DNA of 63,977 nucleotides, counting the filler, from Octopus bimaculoides (lineage: Eukaryota), in assembly GCF_001194135.2 (NCBI RefSeq). It is 8 parts of 7 records of this genome, joined end to end, with 100 filler letters (N's around TTAATTAATTAA, not from the genome) between each part and the next. Parts side by side here need not be neighbours in the genome. Positions count along the whole stretch, not along the records: positions 56,569 to 62,603 come from NC_068994.1; positions 62,704 to 63,977 come from NC_069003.1; 6 more parts are not named here. One strand, 5' to 3'. Of this stretch, positions 61,558 through 63,977 are shown piece by piece (position 1 is the first letter of the stretch; each line of letters starts with the position of its first letter). The notes beneath the pieces are model-generated. The model searched no databases, was not told the origin of the DNA, and worked only from the letters and a program-made list of their open reading frames with translations. A program made the translations under genes and the position numbers.

Positions 61558-62603
61558 TGTCCGTCGGTGCGACGAAGATCATCTAGTCATCCTGGGGTGG
61601 GCTTGTTTTGTGAGTCCGCAGATGGCTAGTGAGGCTAATCTGCGTTCGAAAGAGTCTTTGACAGTGTGGACAGGGAATGGTAGCGCCTGCTACAGGGTTG
61701 TTAGCTCTGTTCTTCCTGGCTTGTCTGCGGTCTTCTGTAGCAGCGATCCTATTGGTCTCGCGTGTGTTGGCACCCTTGTGGACAGCTGATCGCCACCTTT
61801 CTCTGTCTAGAGCAGACTTCTCCCAAGTGTCATGGTCGATGTTGAAGGCTTTCAGTGAGGCTTTCAGTGTGTCCTTAAAGTGTTTCTTCTGGCCACCTTG
61901 TGAGCGCTTTCCCGATTTGGTAATCGATCGTCTGACATGCGAGCTAAGTGCCCTGCCCAGCGACGCTGAGACTGCATCAAGATGGTATGGATGCTGGGCA
62001 GGTTAGCACGTATTAGTACCTCGGTGTCCGGGATCCTGACCTGCCATTTTATGCCAAGAAGTTTTCTGAGGCATATTGTATGAAAGTGGTTCAGCTTCCT
62101 GACATGATGCTGGTGGACCGTCCAGGACTCGCAGCCGTAAGGCAGCGTTGTGAAAACAACAGCCCAGTACACCTTGATCTTTGTCATGATCGTGATCCCC
62201 CTCTTGTTCCAGACAGTCTTGCGTAGCCTGCCGAAGGCAGCGCTTGCCTTGGTGAGTCTGGCGTTGATTTCGTCATCGACGACAACACTTCTAGAGAGTG
62301 CTGCCAAAGTAGGTGAATTTGTCCACCGCGTTCAGTTGCTGCCCGTTGATGGTGATGCTGGGTTCAACGTAGGGCTTGGTTGGAGCTGGCTGATACATTA
62401 CCTCAGTCTTTTTTGTATTAATAGTAAGGCCAAAGCTGTTGCAGGCGCCAGAGAACAAGTCAACGCTGTGCTGCATGCTGGACTCAGTGGCAGCATTGAG
62501 AACGTAGTCATCGGTGAACAGGAGGTCGTTGACGGTGTCTACTGAAACCTTGGTTTTCGCTTTGAGCCTCCCGAGGTTGAAGACTGAGCCGTCGGACCGG
62601 TAC
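61558..62603 (-). mobile_element. RTE (BovB-like) LINE 3' part, RT C-terminal domain, frameshifted
   Basis: LFTDD...LQHSVDLFSGACNSFGLTINTKKTEVM...VDKFTYFGSTL...EINARLTKASAAFGRLRKTVW...TKIKVYWAVV..TL.YGCESWT...LRKLLGIKWQ.RIPDTEVL...RWAGH..RM. Confidence 0.92.
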
Positions 62604-63269
62604 NNNNNNNNNNNNNNNNNNNNNNNNNNNNNNNNNNNNNNNNNNNNTTAATTAATTAANNNNNNNNNNNNNNNNNNNNNNNNNNNNNNNNNNNNNNNNN
62701 NNNATATATATATATATATATATAGATAGATAGATAGATAGATGTGTGTCTTTGTGTCCGTGTTTGTTCCACACCACCGCTTGGCAACTCGTATTGAAAT
62801 GTTTACGTTCCTGTAATTTAGCTGTTCGCCTATAGAGACCGATAGAATAAGCACCAGGTTTTTTAAAAGAAAATCTACTGGTGTCAGTTCGTTTCACCAA
62901 AATTCTTCAAGGTAGTGTCCCAGCATGGCCGCAGTTTAAGGACAGAAGCAAAAAAAAGATAAAATAATCAGACAGACGGACAGACCGATAGGTAGATAGA
63001 TAAATAGACAGACACGGATAAGAAAGTTGGATGGAAAGAGAGAAATGCATACAACGGTAATGCATAGAAACATGCCTAGTGCTGTTACAACAGCTGCCAT
63101 CTTGTTTACATTAATTGAACGTAAAAAATATGACGGTCAGTTTGAGCTGTTCCTTTCATAACTACGTGGTTCCGGTTTCGATCCTGCTGCGCGCGTTTTG
63201 AGGACAAATAGTTTTACTATAATATCAAAATGTGAACCAAAAGAAATATATATGGCTTCATATTATAAA

Positions 63270-63830
63270 TCTAGATCATCCACTTCTGTAGAAATAAGAA
63301 TGAAAATAAAACTATATAAAGATGTTATAATTGCAGTTCCATTATCCAAGGAAAGTAGTGAAGTGATAGAAATGCGTCTTGTCCGTGGTATATAAATTCC
63401 AATAGGAGTTCCTATTTTGTTATTACAAATTGGAATGTGTAGAGACGTACATTCCATGTGCTGTTCATTCAAAGAAGTCTTGTGGTTTGAATGAAAATTT
63501 AAGAATGTAGTGGTTGTATTAAGTGGATAGAGTGGTAGTATTAAGTGGATAGTATTAAGTGGGGGAGAAGAGATCTGTATGTTGGATAATGGAACTGTAA
63601 CTATAACATCTTTATATATTTTTATTTCTACATTCGTCCTCCTATTGCCCTCTATACTCCTTATTTCTTTCCTTTTCCAAAATAACTACTTATATTGAAC
63701 TCTAATATTTCTCTCTATTTAAACATCTCGCATCGTCTCTGATGAAGGGATATCCCTTATATCCCAGAAACAGCTGTAAGACTAACTTTCTCTTTATAAA
63801 TGTCCTGAAAATTTCACACTGCCTCGGCTT
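63270..63830. mobile_element. PLE-type pLTR inverted duplication; the same family occurs at 28240-28750(-)
   Basis: Segment 63295-63350 is the reverse complement of 63584-63630, and 63300-63500 is homologous to 28300-28500. A hammerhead-like motif lies at 63735-63782. Confidence 0.55.
63735..63782 (+). ncRNA. Compact type I hammerhead-like motif (variant core)
   Basis: GUCU|CUGAUGA|A-GGGAUA-loop-UAUCCC-A|GAAAC-AGCU-GUA^AGAC. Stem I is GUCU/AGAC; an A.A pair replaces the canonical first pair of stem II. Confidence 0.6.
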
Positions 63831-63977
63831 TGGTGTCTCGTTTTATTTAACATAAACATGTTCATACAAGACCCCGCATTAGACTCTTCACTCGTACCAT
63901 TATCGAACCGATAATGGTACGAGTATATATATATATACACACATATATCAATATGCGCAATACATATGCTAGCTGAA

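Noticed and set aside
10869-62659. Recurrent TTAATTAATTAA flanked by N-runs (10869, 20595, 27875, 38140, 45378, 56513, 62648)
   Set aside because: Identical 12-mer embedded in gaps with stop codons in all six frames: an artificial assembly spacer, not biology.

Overview
Eukaryotic, AT-rich, gap-ridden draft scaffold. The SINE repertoire and extreme microsatellite load are most consistent with an octopus genome (inference). Nearly all ORFs in the supplied track are artefacts of microsatellites or N-runs. One host gene is well supported: the last two coding exons (+ strand, 46750-47065 and 48388-48530) of an ankyrin-repeat/SOCS-box (ASB family) protein. A second + strand gene probably starts at a promoter near 60.3-60.6 kb. 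The rest is transposon debris: two hAT-type transposase relics, two mariner relics, a Gypsy gag fragment, RTE and CR1/Jockey LINE fragments, three Penelope-like (PLE, GIY-YIG) fragments, a Helitron-like element, several fold-back MITE-like hairpins and more than 35 tRNA-derived SINE copies of about six families. The most interesting signals are at RNA level. First, a set of PLE-type type I hammerhead ribozyme motifs: two have very long stem II insertions, one forms the 3' module of a tRNA-headed SINE present as a head-to-head inverted pair in the ASB intron, and one is split by a SINE inserted into its catalytic core. Second, an unclassified GC-rich element (7.2-8.5 kb) carries an array of conserved-flank, variable-stem hairpins that pair better on the minus strand. 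Third, a CpG-decay (methylation) domain at about 45.4-57.5 kb extends roughly 9 kb beyond the ASB stop codon. All structures and alignments were read by eye, nothing was computed, and boundaries of degenerate repeats are approximate.
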